Made by a program: the position numbers and the translations under genes. From the sequence record DRR723986_4203: 43,534 nt of DNA; one strand, written 5' to 3'. The notes beneath the pieces were generated by a model. The model saw only the letters and a list, made by a program, of their open reading frames with translations, was not told the origin of the DNA and made no database searches. This document shows positions 1 to 9,067 of this stretch, piece by piece (within the stretch, counting starts at the first letter, position 1; every line of letters starts with the position of its first letter).

Positions 1-651
1 GTAAAGCCCGTGTTCCATCACATGGGTTTCGGCAAACGGGATAACGGCACCCGGTTCGAAGGTGACGATGGTCACATGCATGTCATGACGCAGGTCTTCC
101 GGCGCGACGAAACGGGTGGTTGCCCACTTGTCGTCCGTCCCCGGCATTTCGGTCGGCTTGATCTGTTTTTCGTTCGTTACGAATGCATCCGGGGCAGCCA
201 GGCCCTCGACTGCTTCATAGGCTTTCCGGATCCAGTGAAACCGGACTGGAGCATCGGCCGAATTTTCGACCGTCCAGGCACAACCGGCCGGTAGATAGGC
301 GTATCCGCCGTCTTCCAGTACGTGCACAGTCCCCTCGATTGTCAGTGTCAGTTTTCCTTGCACCACGAAGAGAACGGCTTCTGCATCGGCGTCCTGCTCC
401 GGGTTCTTGCTGCCGCCGCCCGGCTGCACTTCCATGATGTATTGGGAGAAGGTCTCTGCAAATCCGGAGAGAGGGCGTGACAGTACCCAAAGCCGGGTTT
501 TTTCCCAGAACGGCAGATAACTGGTGACGATGTCACGCATCGTTCCCTTCGGGATGACGGCATAAGCCTCCGTGAAGACGGCCCGGTCGGTCAGCAGCTG
601 GGTTTGTGACGGGTGACCGCCGCTTGGAGAGTAGTAGGGCGATGAGGTCAT
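1..651 (-). CDS. (S)-ureidoglycine aminohydrolase / allantoin catabolism cupin protein (YlbA/AllE family); 3' end runs off the window
   Basis: Not in the ORF track. Manual translation from ATG at 651 gives MTSSPYYSPSGGHPSQTQLLTDRAVFTEAYAVIPKGTMRDIVTSYLPFWEKTRLWVLSRPLSGFAETFSQYIMEVQPGGGS..., the characteristic N-terminus of this family. Confidence 0.9.
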   Translation of the reverse strand, partial: MTSSPYYSPSGGHPSQTQLLTDRAVFTEAYAVIPKGTMRDIVTSYLPFWEKTRLWVLSRPLSGFAETFSQYIMEVQPGGGSKNPEQDADAEAVLFVVQGKLTLTIEGTVHVLEDGGYAYLPAGCAWTVENSADAPVRFHWIRKAYEAVEGLAAPDAFVTNEKQIKPTEMPGTDDKWATTRFVAPEDLRHDMHVTIVTFEPGAVIPFAETHVMEHGLY

Positions 652-725
652 GCGGGTTTCCCTGAACCGTTGCCGATACACTGTTTCGATCTGAATTAGA
701 AAGCGCGGCTTACGGTAAGGCAACG

Positions 726-760
726 AAAAAGAAAACCCGCCCGCGAGGCCTGCGGGCGGG
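726..760 (-). terminator. Rho-independent terminator of the two-small-ORF transcript
   Basis: Perfect 9-bp stem CCCGCCCGC (736-744) / GCGGGCGGG (752-760), followed on the minus strand by TTTTCTTTTT. Confidence 0.85.
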
Positions 761-843
761 ATGTCCAGCTGGATGGTCAGCGTGGTCCGGATGGCGGAAA
801 TCCGGTTGGGGCCGGGAACCCGTCCTCTTTTCGGGACGTGGTT

Positions 844-1047
844 CTAACGTGCCGAGACCATCTCGCGCTGGACTGTGCTCCTTGCGGTCTTGACGTTGTC
901 GAGCACCTTGGGGCAGGTGGTGCCCGACGTCTGTTTCTCGCGCAGGAACGAGGCCATGCGAGCATCGATATCCTTCAGGCGGGACTGTCTGGAAGGCGTG
1001 CGCTGCAGGGCCGCAAAGGGTGAAAAGAATGGCAGGAACGGATTCAT
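844..1047 (-). CDS. Small hypothetical protein (67 aa)
   Basis: GGAGG RBS 6 nt before the ATG. Lies directly downstream of the DUF465 gene on the same strand and upstream of a terminator. No family recognised. Confidence 0.65.
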   Translation of the reverse strand: MNPFLPFFSPFAALQRTPSRQSRLKDIDARMASFLREKQTSGTTCPKVLDNVKTARSTVQREMVSAR

Positions 1048-1079
1048 TCAAAACCTCCCGATTGGCGTTGTGTTGCCGG

Positions 1080-1265
1080 TCAGTAGACCAGCTGAGAGGA
1101 GCTCAGATTGGTCTCGATCCGGGTAATCTCATCCCGTAACCGAAGCTTGAATTTCTTCAACGACCGTATGTGCTGCGTATCCGGATAAGGGTGCATTTCC
1201 TCTCTGCGGATCAGGGAATCCAGGGTGTTGTGCTGGCTGCGCAGCGACTTCAGTCTGTTGTACAT
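1080..1265 (-). CDS. YdcH/DUF465 family small coiled-coil protein (61 aa)
   Basis: Start reassigned to the ATG at 1265 after a GAGGAG RBS. RLKSLRSQHNTLDSLIRREE..P.PD...IRSLKKFKLRLRDEI matches the DUF465 pattern. Confidence 0.85.
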   Translation of the reverse strand: MYNRLKSLRSQHNTLDSLIRREEMHPYPDTQHIRSLKKFKLRLRDEITRIETNLSSSQLVY

Positions 1266-1334
1266 CGCCTGCTCCTCTTTCGTGGGCTGTGTCTTCGACA
1301 CCCTTGATATGGATACGCGGAGAGAATAGATGAA

Positions 1335-1371
1335 ATACATTGTTTCGATTGAGTTGATAGAAGTTTTCTAT
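1335..1371. promoter_or_regulatory. OxyR-type four-part operator between divergent genes
   Basis: ATAC-N7-CGAT-N7-ATAG-N7-CTAT, versus the OxyR consensus ATAG-N7-CTAT-N7-ATAG-N7-CTAT. The right half is an inverted repeat, TGATAG-N7-CTATCA. Confidence 0.75.
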
Positions 1372-1387
1372 CATTCAGGGAGGCGAC

Positions 1388-2317
1388 ATGCGGTTTCGGC
1401 CATCTTCACGGCAGCTGGACTATTTCGTTGCACTTGCAGAAACCTTGCACTTCGGCAGGGCTGCCTCTCGCTGCCATGTCTCGCAGCCAACGCTTTCGGC
1501 GCAATTCAAGCTGCTTGAAGAGCAACTTGGCTGCACCTTGCTGGAGCGCGGCAGTGGGGGGATCAGCCTGACGGCCTCCGGTGAGCGCCTGCTGCCGCTT
1601 GCACGGCGTACCCTCGAGAATCTCGACGAAATCGTGACTGTCGCCCAGGCAGGGCAATCCAATCTCGGCGGTCTGATCCGCCTTGGGGTCTCGCCCACAT
1701 TCGGGCCGTATTTCATGCCCTACCTGTTGCCAATCCTGAAACGTGAATTTCCGCTTCTCGAGCTCTACATCCGCGAAGACAGGCCCAATCTCCTGGAAGA
1801 GGGACTGATGTCCGGTGCGCTCGACTGCATTCTGACACCGGATTTTGCGTCATCGGATCAGTGGACGGCACAGGTGCTATGCCGGGAAAGCGTTTCACTT
1901 GCCGTGCCGAAGTCGCACCCCTTGGCTGGCGTCGAAGTGATCCCGGTGGATATGTTGCGCGGCGAGAAGCTGCTTGCACTCGGTCAGGGGTTTCGCCTCC
2001 ACAACGATGTTCAGGCATTGGCACATGCCGCGGGTGCGGACTTCCGGCAGGACTATGAAGGCACAAGCCTTGATGCCTTGCGCCAGATGGCTTCGATCGG
2101 CATGGGGCTGGCACTCTTTCCCGCCGCTTACATTGCGTCCGAATTCGGAAAGGAGCCGGATCTTCTGTTGAAGAAGATCGAGGGCTTGCCGATGCGCCGG
2201 ACGATGTACCTCGTCTGGCGATGCGGGTCTTCCCGAACCACCCATTTCGAAAACCTGCTGTCCCTAGCGCTCCAGGCGGTGAACAGCATGAAAGTTGAGG
2301 GTGTCGAGCCGGCCTGA
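1388..2317 (+). CDS. LysR family regulator, OxyR-like, lacking both redox cysteines
   Basis: HTH segment LHFGRAASRCHVSQPTLSAQ; OxyR-like GTSLDALRQM. LGQGFRLHNDVQALA aligns with OxyR LEDGHCLRDQAMGFC. GGAGG RBS. Confidence 0.9.
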   Translation: MRFRPSSRQLDYFVALAETLHFGRAASRCHVSQPTLSAQFKLLEEQLGCTLLERGSGGISLTASGERLLPLARRTLENLDEIVTVAQAGQSNLGGLIRLGVSPTFGPYFMPYLLPILKREFPLLELYIREDRPNLLEEGLMSGALDCILTPDFASSDQWTAQVLCRESVSLAVPKSHPLAGVEVIPVDMLRGEKLLALGQGFRLHNDVQALAHAAGADFRQDYEGTSLDALRQMASIGMGLALFPAAYIASEFGKEPDLLLKKIEGLPMRRTMYLVWRCGSSRTTHFENLLSLALQAVNSMKVEGVEPA

Positions 2318-2456
2318 AAGAGGCTCACAAAGGTAATTGGAAGCGCAAAGCCATAAAGCAGAATTGATGGTCTCCCGTGCCACGTAATCCTCCCCATATT
2401 GCCGGTCCGCTAAAAACGTGCCAGCCTCGGAGGTACCGGCGGAGGAGGAGAGCCCC

Positions 2457-2777
2457 ATGCCTGAAATTTCAAGCGACCGCGATTGCCAGACCGTCATTAC
2501 CACTTTCGAAATGACCCCGGGCACATGCTACGACCTTCTGGACGAACTGAAGGACGCCTACGAGAATTTCATTAGCCATCAGCAGGGCTTCATTGGGGCC
2601 GGGCTGCATGTCAACGATGCTCAAACCCGTATCGCCAACTATTCGCAGTGGCGCCGACGGGAGGATTTCCTGGCCATGTTGCGTTCACCGGAAATGCGTG
2701 AGCGCAACCGGCGTATAAGTTCATTGTGCAAGAGTTTCGAACCGGTGATGTACGACGTCGTGGACGCCTACGACTGA
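2457..2777 (+). CDS. Antibiotic biosynthesis monooxygenase (ABM) domain protein
   Basis: GGAGGAG RBS before ATG 2457; ABM-like motif QQGFIGAGLHVND...NYSQW. Confidence 0.8.
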   Translation: MPEISSDRDCQTVITTFEMTPGTCYDLLDELKDAYENFISHQQGFIGAGLHVNDAQTRIANYSQWRRREDFLAMLRSPEMRERNRRISSLCKSFEPVMYDVVDAYD

Positions 2778-2903
2778 CCTGACCTTCATGACAGAATTCG
2801 TGATTGCGCCGGTCATGAAGGACCGGCGTTGCACATTGCTCCGGGCTCCTGGAACAGGGACCGGAGGTTCCTTGCGGACTTCCCGCATTTTTCGGAAACT
2901 TCC

Positions 2904-3758
2904 ATGTCCTATCAGATTGTCGATTGCCGCTCGTTTGGTGCTGACCAGCTGTGCGAGGCCTTGAACATTGCTTTCTCGGATTATGTCACGCCACTGCATC
3001 TGAGCGAGAAGGATTTCCGTGAGTTTCAGCGCCAGCGCGGGTTTTCGGCAGAGCATTCCTTCGTGGCAATGGCAGGGGAAGAGATTGCAGCCTTCTGGTT
3101 TTCGAGCTTGCCGAACTCCAGATATGGCAACAGGGCCTATACGTTGTCCGTCGGGACCAGTCCTGCGCATCGTCGCAAAGGCCTGTCGAGAAAGCTCCTT
3201 GCAGCGGTCATCGAAAAGCAGCTTGAGGTCGGTGCGAAAGGCCTGCAGCTTGAGGTCATCACGACAAACGAAAAGGCGGTTGCTGCTTATGAAGCCTTTG
3301 GCTTTCGCTGCGAAAGGACACTTGGTGTCTTTCGGCTCGTGAACAGCAAGACGCTCAAGGCGCAGGTCGGAGAGTGGGTGCTGGAGCGGATCGGGTTGAA
3401 CGATCTGCCCGACGATACCGGCCCCTATTTCGATACCTTGCCGACGCCCCAGAACAGTATCGCCGGGCTTCGTGGTTTGAGCCCGGATATCCATCTTCTG
3501 GCTGTTCGCCAGGACGATGAAATTCTGGGGTGGGGGGCGAGTTTTGCCGATGGTGCGGTCGCGCAGATTGCCGTTCACAAGAACCATCGTCGCCAAGGCA
3601 TTGGCCGAGCCTTGTTGCTGGGGCTGATGGACGCCTTGGGCGGGTCCGAACTGCGGTTTGTCAACGTCGACACGGCTGCGCAAAGCGCCAACGCATTCCT
3701 GCGCCTGTCAGGTGCGGAAGAGCTGCTGCAACAATACGAAATGCGGCTTGATTGCTAA
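2904..3758 (+). CDS. Tandem GNAT family N-acetyltransferase
   Basis: Two acetyl-CoA binding motifs (HRRKGLS and HRRQGIG) plus N..A...YEAFGF. Start set at ATG 2904. Confidence 0.85.
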   Translation: MSYQIVDCRSFGADQLCEALNIAFSDYVTPLHLSEKDFREFQRQRGFSAEHSFVAMAGEEIAAFWFSSLPNSRYGNRAYTLSVGTSPAHRRKGLSRKLLAAVIEKQLEVGAKGLQLEVITTNEKAVAAYEAFGFRCERTLGVFRLVNSKTLKAQVGEWVLERIGLNDLPDDTGPYFDTLPTPQNSIAGLRGLSPDIHLLAVRQDDEILGWGASFADGAVAQIAVHKNHRRQGIGRALLLGLMDALGGSELRFVNVDTAAQSANAFLRLSGAEELLQQYEMRLDC

Positions 3759-3772
3759 GTGCACACCAAGGT

Positions 3773-5098
3773 TCAGGTCTCTTGGTCAATCTTGCGGAAC
3801 GGCGCGTGTTCGGCCAGCGCCTCGTTCTCGCGTTCGACGGCAAGGCGTTCGTGTTCCAGAAAATCGGCGACAGCCTGATGTAGCCCTTCATGGGCGATCC
3901 AGTGGGCGGAATAGGTGGTGGTCGGCAGATAGCCGCGCGCCAGCTTGTGGGCACCTTGAGCGCCGGCTTCAACGCGCTTCAACCTGTTGGCGATGGCAAA
4001 ATCGATCGCCTGGTAGTAACAGAGCTCGAAATGCAGGAACGGATGGTGCTCGGTGCAGCCCCAATGACGCCCGAACAAGGTGTGCGAGCCGATGAAGTTG
4101 AGGGCACCGGCAATGTATTGGCCATGCCGTTTGGCAAGAACCAGCAAGGTGCGGTCAGCCAGCCTCTCATTGATCAGCGAATAGAATTTTCGGTTCAGAT
4201 AGGGGCGGCCCCACTTCCGTGAACCTGTGTCCATGTAGAATTTGTAGAAGGCGTCCCAATGGGCCTCTGTCAGATCGGACCCGGTGACCCATTCCACCTC
4301 AATGCCCTCTGCGCTCAGGGCTTCGCGCCGCTCTTTCTTGACGGCCTTGCGTTTGCGCGACGCCAGATCTGCCAGAAAGCCATCGAAATTGTCGTAACCG
4401 TGGTTTTCCCAGTGAAACTGCTGATCAGTCCGCTGCAGATATCCTAGTTCACCCAGACTGTCCCATTCCGGTTTGGTCAGGAAAGTGGCATGCACGGATG
4501 AAGCCCCGGAACGCTGACACACCTGTACCAGACCGGCGGCAAGCGCTTGCAGGCCCGCTTCACGGTTGACACCTGCACCTGTCAGGAACCGGCGTCCGGT
4601 TGCCGGCGTGAAGGGCACGCTGATCTGAAGTTTCGGATAATAGTCACCGCCTGCACGGTAGAAGGCGTCGGCCCAACCGTGGTCGAACACATATTCGCCT
4701 TGCGAATGGCTCTTGAGATAAGCCGGCACGGCACCGAGGACCTCGCCGCCGCTATCTTCCAGCACCATGTGTCTGGGCAGCCAGCCTGTCGCTTCCGTTG
4801 CACATCCGGAAGCCTCCAGAGCCTCCAGAAAAGCGTGGGACAGAAACGGGTTGAAATCGATGTCCTCACCGGCAAATTCGGAACTGCCGCCAAGTGCCCC
4901 GGAAAGCTCGGCCAGCGCCTCGCATTTCGGGTCTTTCTTCAAGAGCCCCCGTCCGGAAAGCTGCCAGCCTGGATTGGCCACCTGATCCCAGTTGGAGGCA
5001 GTGACATCCTTCAAGGAAGACAGGATTCGCAAGGTCGCTGTCTGTCCGCCGTCATCTGTAGCCGGGGAGTTGCCGTCCGTGGACCGGGAGGAGGTCAT
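3773..5098 (-). CDS. FemAB-like / DUF482 GNAT-fold protein (peptidoglycan biosynthesis/recognition family)
   Basis: Motifs HSQGEYVFDHGWADA, YYPKL, PFTPATG, LHFELCYYQAI and EAGAQG.HKLARGY. Confidence 0.9.
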   Translation of the reverse strand: MTSSRSTDGNSPATDDGGQTATLRILSSLKDVTASNWDQVANPGWQLSGRGLLKKDPKCEALAELSGALGGSSEFAGEDIDFNPFLSHAFLEALEASGCATEATGWLPRHMVLEDSGGEVLGAVPAYLKSHSQGEYVFDHGWADAFYRAGGDYYPKLQISVPFTPATGRRFLTGAGVNREAGLQALAAGLVQVCQRSGASSVHATFLTKPEWDSLGELGYLQRTDQQFHWENHGYDNFDGFLADLASRKRKAVKKERREALSAEGIEVEWVTGSDLTEAHWDAFYKFYMDTGSRKWGRPYLNRKFYSLINERLADRTLLVLAKRHGQYIAGALNFIGSHTLFGRHWGCTEHHPFLHFELCYYQAIDFAIANRLKRVEAGAQGAHKLARGYLPTTTYSAHWIAHEGLHQAVADFLEHERLAVERENEALAEHAPFRKIDQET

Positions 5099-5189
5099 GC
5101 GTCAGAAGAAACCAAAGTTTGAAACCATACTCTTGATGTAGCGCTGGCATTTTGCAGTGCAAGAGGTTGATGTCGTGTAATGGTTATTT

Positions 5190-5969
5190 CTACAGGGAAC
5201 GGGCTGCGCTCCTGTCCGGATCAAAGCCCTCGAAAACGATCTGGTCTGCGTAGCGGTCGGCCTTTTCCCGTTGTTCGGTGGTCCTCACCGTCCAGGACAT
5301 CAGCGGCACCTTGAACACAGACCGCAGCAGACTGGGGCCGGCTTTTGGCAGGTCCTTGACACCGTAGGAAATGAAATGCGGGCGCGTGCGCGGTGCATGC
5401 AGGATATGGCGCAGGATGAACCGGTCGACACGGCTGTAGCGGGCATAGTCGGGTCCGGGCTCGGCGCCGTCGGCGACGATACCGCGCAGCACCGAGGCGT
5501 TGCGTGCCTTTGCAATGGACAACATGTCCGGGTCGAATGACTTGATGCATGCAGGGCCCTTGTAGCTCGCCACCTGGTCCGTCACGTGCCGGACAAAGTC
5601 CATTTGCGCATCACGGCGCATCAACGACTTGATCTCGACCACCAGCGGGACGCGGCCGTCGACAAGATCGAACAGGTCCTTCAGGAGCCAGAGCTTGTCT
5701 GTTCCGGTCTTCATGTGAATGCTGGTGAGCTCGGATGCGGCCAGATCGATAACCCTGCCGGTTCCCTCCGCAAGGCGCTCCAGCGTGTAGTCATGGAACA
5801 CCAGAGCTTCGCCGTCTGCCGTTTCCTGAACATCCACCTCGATCGCGAAATTCTTGTCGATCGCATGCTGAATTGCGGTAGGCGTGTTCTCGATGACGCC
5901 GTTGTCGGCATCGTGATAACCCCGATGGGCGATCGGGCGGGCGAAGATGGCTTCGAGTTCCGGTGTCAT
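5190..5969 (-). CDS. Glycerophosphodiester phosphodiesterase family protein
   Basis: Motifs IAHRG, ENT, IEVDV, VFHD.TL.R and EIK. Confidence 0.9.
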   Translation of the reverse strand: MTPELEAIFARPIAHRGYHDADNGVIENTPTAIQHAIDKNFAIEVDVQETADGEALVFHDYTLERLAEGTGRVIDLAASELTSIHMKTGTDKLWLLKDLFDLVDGRVPLVVEIKSLMRRDAQMDFVRHVTDQVASYKGPACIKSFDPDMLSIAKARNASVLRGIVADGAEPGPDYARYSRVDRFILRHILHAPRTRPHFISYGVKDLPKAGPSLLRSVFKVPLMSWTVRTTEQREKADRYADQIVFEGFDPDRSAARSL

Positions 5970-6061
5970 GGCGGGGGCTCGTCAGGAAGGAAAATGCCTC
6001 ACCGGCCGGTCCGGTGTGGTTTCGGGAAGAGTGTGGGGGAGGCCAGGCTCCCCGCAAGCAG

Positions 6062-6529
6062 TCAGTCTTCGATTTCGAAAATCGCTTCGATCTCGACAGC
6101 AGCACCGAAGGGCAGGGACGCGGCGCTGACGGCGGAGCGCGCATGGCGGCCCTTTTCGCCCATCGCTTCTACCAGGAAGTCGGATGCGCCGTTGATGACC
6201 TGCGGCTGGTCGACGAATTCGGCCGTGGAGTTCACGAAGCCGACGATCTTCACCAGGCGGGCAACCTTGTCGAGATTTCCGGTGGCAGCCTTAGCCTGGG
6301 CAAGCAGGTTGATGGCGCACAGCTTGGCAGCGGCCTTGCCTTCGTCGATGCCCAGACCGTCACCCAGCTTGCCGGAGATCTGAAGCTTGCCGCCTGCCAT
6401 CGGCAACTGGCCGGAAACGAATAGCTGATTGCCGGTCTGCAGGAACGGCACATAGTTGGCCGCGGGTGCCGCCGCTTCCGGAAGGGTGATGCCAAGTTCG
6501 TTCAGCCGGGCTTCGATCGCGCTGCTCAT
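6062..6529 (-). CDS. RidA/YjgF family protein
   Basis: Motifs ANYVP, SGQLP, NGASD and GRHARSAV...LP....VEIE. Start set at ATG 6529. Confidence 0.9.
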   Translation of the reverse strand: MSSAIEARLNELGITLPEAAAPAANYVPFLQTGNQLFVSGQLPMAGGKLQISGKLGDGLGIDEGKAAAKLCAINLLAQAKAATGNLDKVARLVKIVGFVNSTAEFVDQPQVINGASDFLVEAMGEKGRHARSAVSAASLPFGAAVEIEAIFEIED

Positions 6530-6805
6530 GGGGGTCTCCAAGTTTGAGAGCTTTCGGCGTGTCTTGGCGTAATTCGTCACAGGTGACAAGGTCAAAATGG
6601 GGTGTGTACGGTAAAAGGAAACTGTGGAGGAGCTTGGTTTCGATTGCCACGGTCACCACTTGAGAAGGACGATTTGTGAAATAACAGGCCAGCGGGGCTT
6701 GGGGCATGGCTGCACATTCGCGGTGGCGGAATGTGCAGTTTGCCGCATAATGTGTGGAGCCGGTCCAGGTGGCGTTTCCACTAGGACGAGAATGAGGTTT
6801 TTTTG

Positions 6806-7678
6806 ATGCAATGCGTTCCGAAGTCAGTGTCCTCGACCGTTGGTGCGATCGTTTTGGCCGCCGCAGCTTTTGCGGTGTCTGGCGCGACCGACGCCGATGC
6901 GAGCGGCACTGTCGGCTTTAAACTCGTGCCCCATCGCGCCGTTTACGACATGAACCTGGGAGACAGCGAGGAGCAAGCCGGGATCGCGGGCCTCAACGGA
7001 CGCATGGTCTACGATTTCTCAGGAAGCGCCTGCGAGGGCTACAGCGTCAACTTCCGCTTTGTCACCGAGTTCCAGGATACCGACGGTGGTTCACAGATCA
7101 CTGATCTGCAGACGACTTCCTTCGAAGAGCCGCGCGCCGAGAGCTACCAGTTCCTCTCCAAGACCTTTGTCGATCAGAAACTGGTCGAAGCGACCCGTGG
7201 AACGGCACGGAGCGGAAAGAAAGCACGCACTGTCGAACTGAAGGAACCTTCGGAAAAATCGCTGGAGATTGGCAGGGAAGTGCTGTTTCCGACGGAGCAT
7301 CTTCTGACAATCATGAAGTCGGCCGAGGCGGGTGTCCATTTTGTTGCAGCCGACATCTATGACGGCGCCGAAACTGGAGAAAAGGTTTATGCAACGACGA
7401 CTGTGATCGGTGCCAAAGCCGTCAACGACGCAAAAACCGATGCTGACCACGTGGATGCACCGCTGTCCGGCAAGGGCTACTGGCCCGTTACCGTCGCCTA
7501 CTTCGACCCGAGTGCCGAAGACGCAAGTGGAGAGCTTCTGCCGGTCTATCAGCTGTCATTCTGGCTGTATGAAAACGGCATCAGCGGACACCTGAAGCTC
7601 GACTACGGCGATTTCACCATCCAGGGCAAGATGGCATCGCTGGAGCTTTACGATGAGACCGACTGCCCGCAGCAGTAA
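6806..7678 (+). CDS. eipB: Cell envelope integrity protein EipB (DUF1849)
   Basis: Signal peptide, PHRAVYD, GRMVYDFSGSACEGY, LYENGIS..L.LDYGDF and a C-terminal Cys. Divergent from ridA, as in Rhizobiales. Confidence 0.85.
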   Translation: MQCVPKSVSSTVGAIVLAAAAFAVSGATDADASGTVGFKLVPHRAVYDMNLGDSEEQAGIAGLNGRMVYDFSGSACEGYSVNFRFVTEFQDTDGGSQITDLQTTSFEEPRAESYQFLSKTFVDQKLVEATRGTARSGKKARTVELKEPSEKSLEIGREVLFPTEHLLTIMKSAEAGVHFVAADIYDGAETGEKVYATTTVIGAKAVNDAKTDADHVDAPLSGKGYWPVTVAYFDPSAEDASGELLPVYQLSFWLYENGISGHLKLDYGDFTIQGKMASLELYDETDCPQQ

Positions 7679-7719
7679 CCGGCAAGGCCGCTTCTTGAAA
7701 TAATCGGGTGACAGGCGGA

Positions 7720-9033
7720 CTATTTGTCACCCTGCTTCTTGGCTTCCTTCGCCGCGCGTGCTGCGTGCGTGAGGCCGAGTTCGACAGCTGACGTTCCGAA
7801 CTTGTCCCGAAGCCGATCCACGGCAAGTTCCGCATTCTTCCGTCGTTCGGCCGACTGGTCGAGCAGGTCTCTCGGATCGGCCCGGTCCGCGTTTTCCAGA
7901 TCGCTGACGCCGATGCCGATAAGCCGGAAACGGCGGCCATCGGCTTCGATCTGAAGAAGATTTTCACCCGCTGCGTAGATCTTGTCGGCCAATTGGGTCG
8001 GATCGGAAAAATGCCTGGCGCGGGTGATCGTCTTGAAGTCGGCGGTTTTCAGTTTCAAGGTCACACCGCGACCTGAGAGTTCCGCCTTCTTGAGCCTCGC
8101 AGACACTTTCTCGGCCAGGTTCCTGAGAATGGGACGCAGGGTATCGAAACTCGAGATGTCAGTGAAGAAGGTGGTTTCCGCGGAAACGCTTTTTGCACCC
8201 CGTTCAGGAGTGACTTCACGGCTGTCGTCTCCATGCGAAAGACGGGCCAGACGCAGGCCGATGGTTCCGTATCGGCGGGCAAGATCCGTCGCTTCCATTT
8301 CCTGCAGCTGTCCGATTGTCCGAATGCCGTCCCTCTCCAGTTTCTGCTGGAACACCTTGCCGACACCCCAGATGCGGCCCACAGGCATGGCCGCCAGAAC
8401 GTCTTCGGCTTCCGCCGCGCCGATGACGGAGAAACCACGCGGCTTTTCGAGATCGGACGCAAGTTTTGCCAGAAACTTGTTGGGGGCAAGGCCGACAGAC
8501 GCCGATATGCCGATATCGGCTTCCATGTCGCGTATGAAGCCCGCGAGTGTTTCCGCCGGAGACTTCTTGTGAAGGCGTTCGGTGCCCGTCAGATCAAGAA
8601 AGGCCTCGTCGATGGACAAAGGCTCCACCAGGGGCGTGAGCGCGCGCATTCGTTCACGGATCTCCTTGCCGACGCTCGCGTATTTAGCCATGTCAGGCTT
8701 GATCACGATCGCTTGCGGGCATGCCTCAAGCGCCTTGAACATGGGCATTGCGGACCGCACACCGTAAATGCGGGCGATGTAGCAGCATGTGGAAACCACC
8801 CCGCGCTGACCTCCGCCAACGATTACCGGCTGGTCCTGCAACTCCGGATTGTCGCGTTTTTCGATCGAGGCATAAAAGGCGTCGCAATCAATGTGGGCAA
8901 TGGCCAGCGTGTCGAGTTCCGGATGCTTGACCAGCCTCGGGCTGCCGCAGCGGGTGCACCTGGCTGCGGACGGGGCGAGGCGTGCACCGCAGTCTCGGCA
9001 AAGGGCACGTAAGGGCGGAACGGGTTGGGACAC
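7720..9033 (-). CDS. dinB: DNA polymerase IV
   Basis: [32 protein letters not shown] and [11 protein letters not shown]-terminal CxxC..CxxC typical of alphaproteobacterial DinB. Confidence 0.95.
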   Translation of the reverse strand: MSQPVPPLRALCRDCGARLAPSAARCTRCGSPRLVKHPELDTLAIAHIDCDAFYASIEKRDNPELQDQPVIVGGGQRGVVSTCCYIARIYGVRSAMPMFKALEACPQAIVIKPDMAKYASVGKEIRERMRALTPLVEPLSIDEAFLDLTGTERLHKKSPAETLAGFIRDMEADIGISASVGLAPNKFLAKLASDLEKPRGFSVIGAAEAEDVLAAMPVGRIWGVGKVFQQKLERDGIRTIGQLQEMEATDLARRYGTIGLRLARLSHGDDSREVTPERGAKSVSAETTFFTDISSFDTLRPILRNLAEKVSARLKKAELSGRGVTLKLKTADFKTITRARHFSDPTQLADKIYAAGENLLQIEADGRRFRLIGIGVSDLENADRADPRDLLDQSAERRKNAELAVDRLRDKFGTSAVELGLTHAARAAKEAKKQGDK

Positions 9034-9067
9034 GGCGTTGGCAATCGGCTGCGGTGCGGATGGGCAA

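Noticed and set aside
2721..3683. 320-aa minus-strand ORF
   Set aside because: Antisense shadow of the GNAT gene with no recognisable motifs; such shadows are common in GC-rich DNA.
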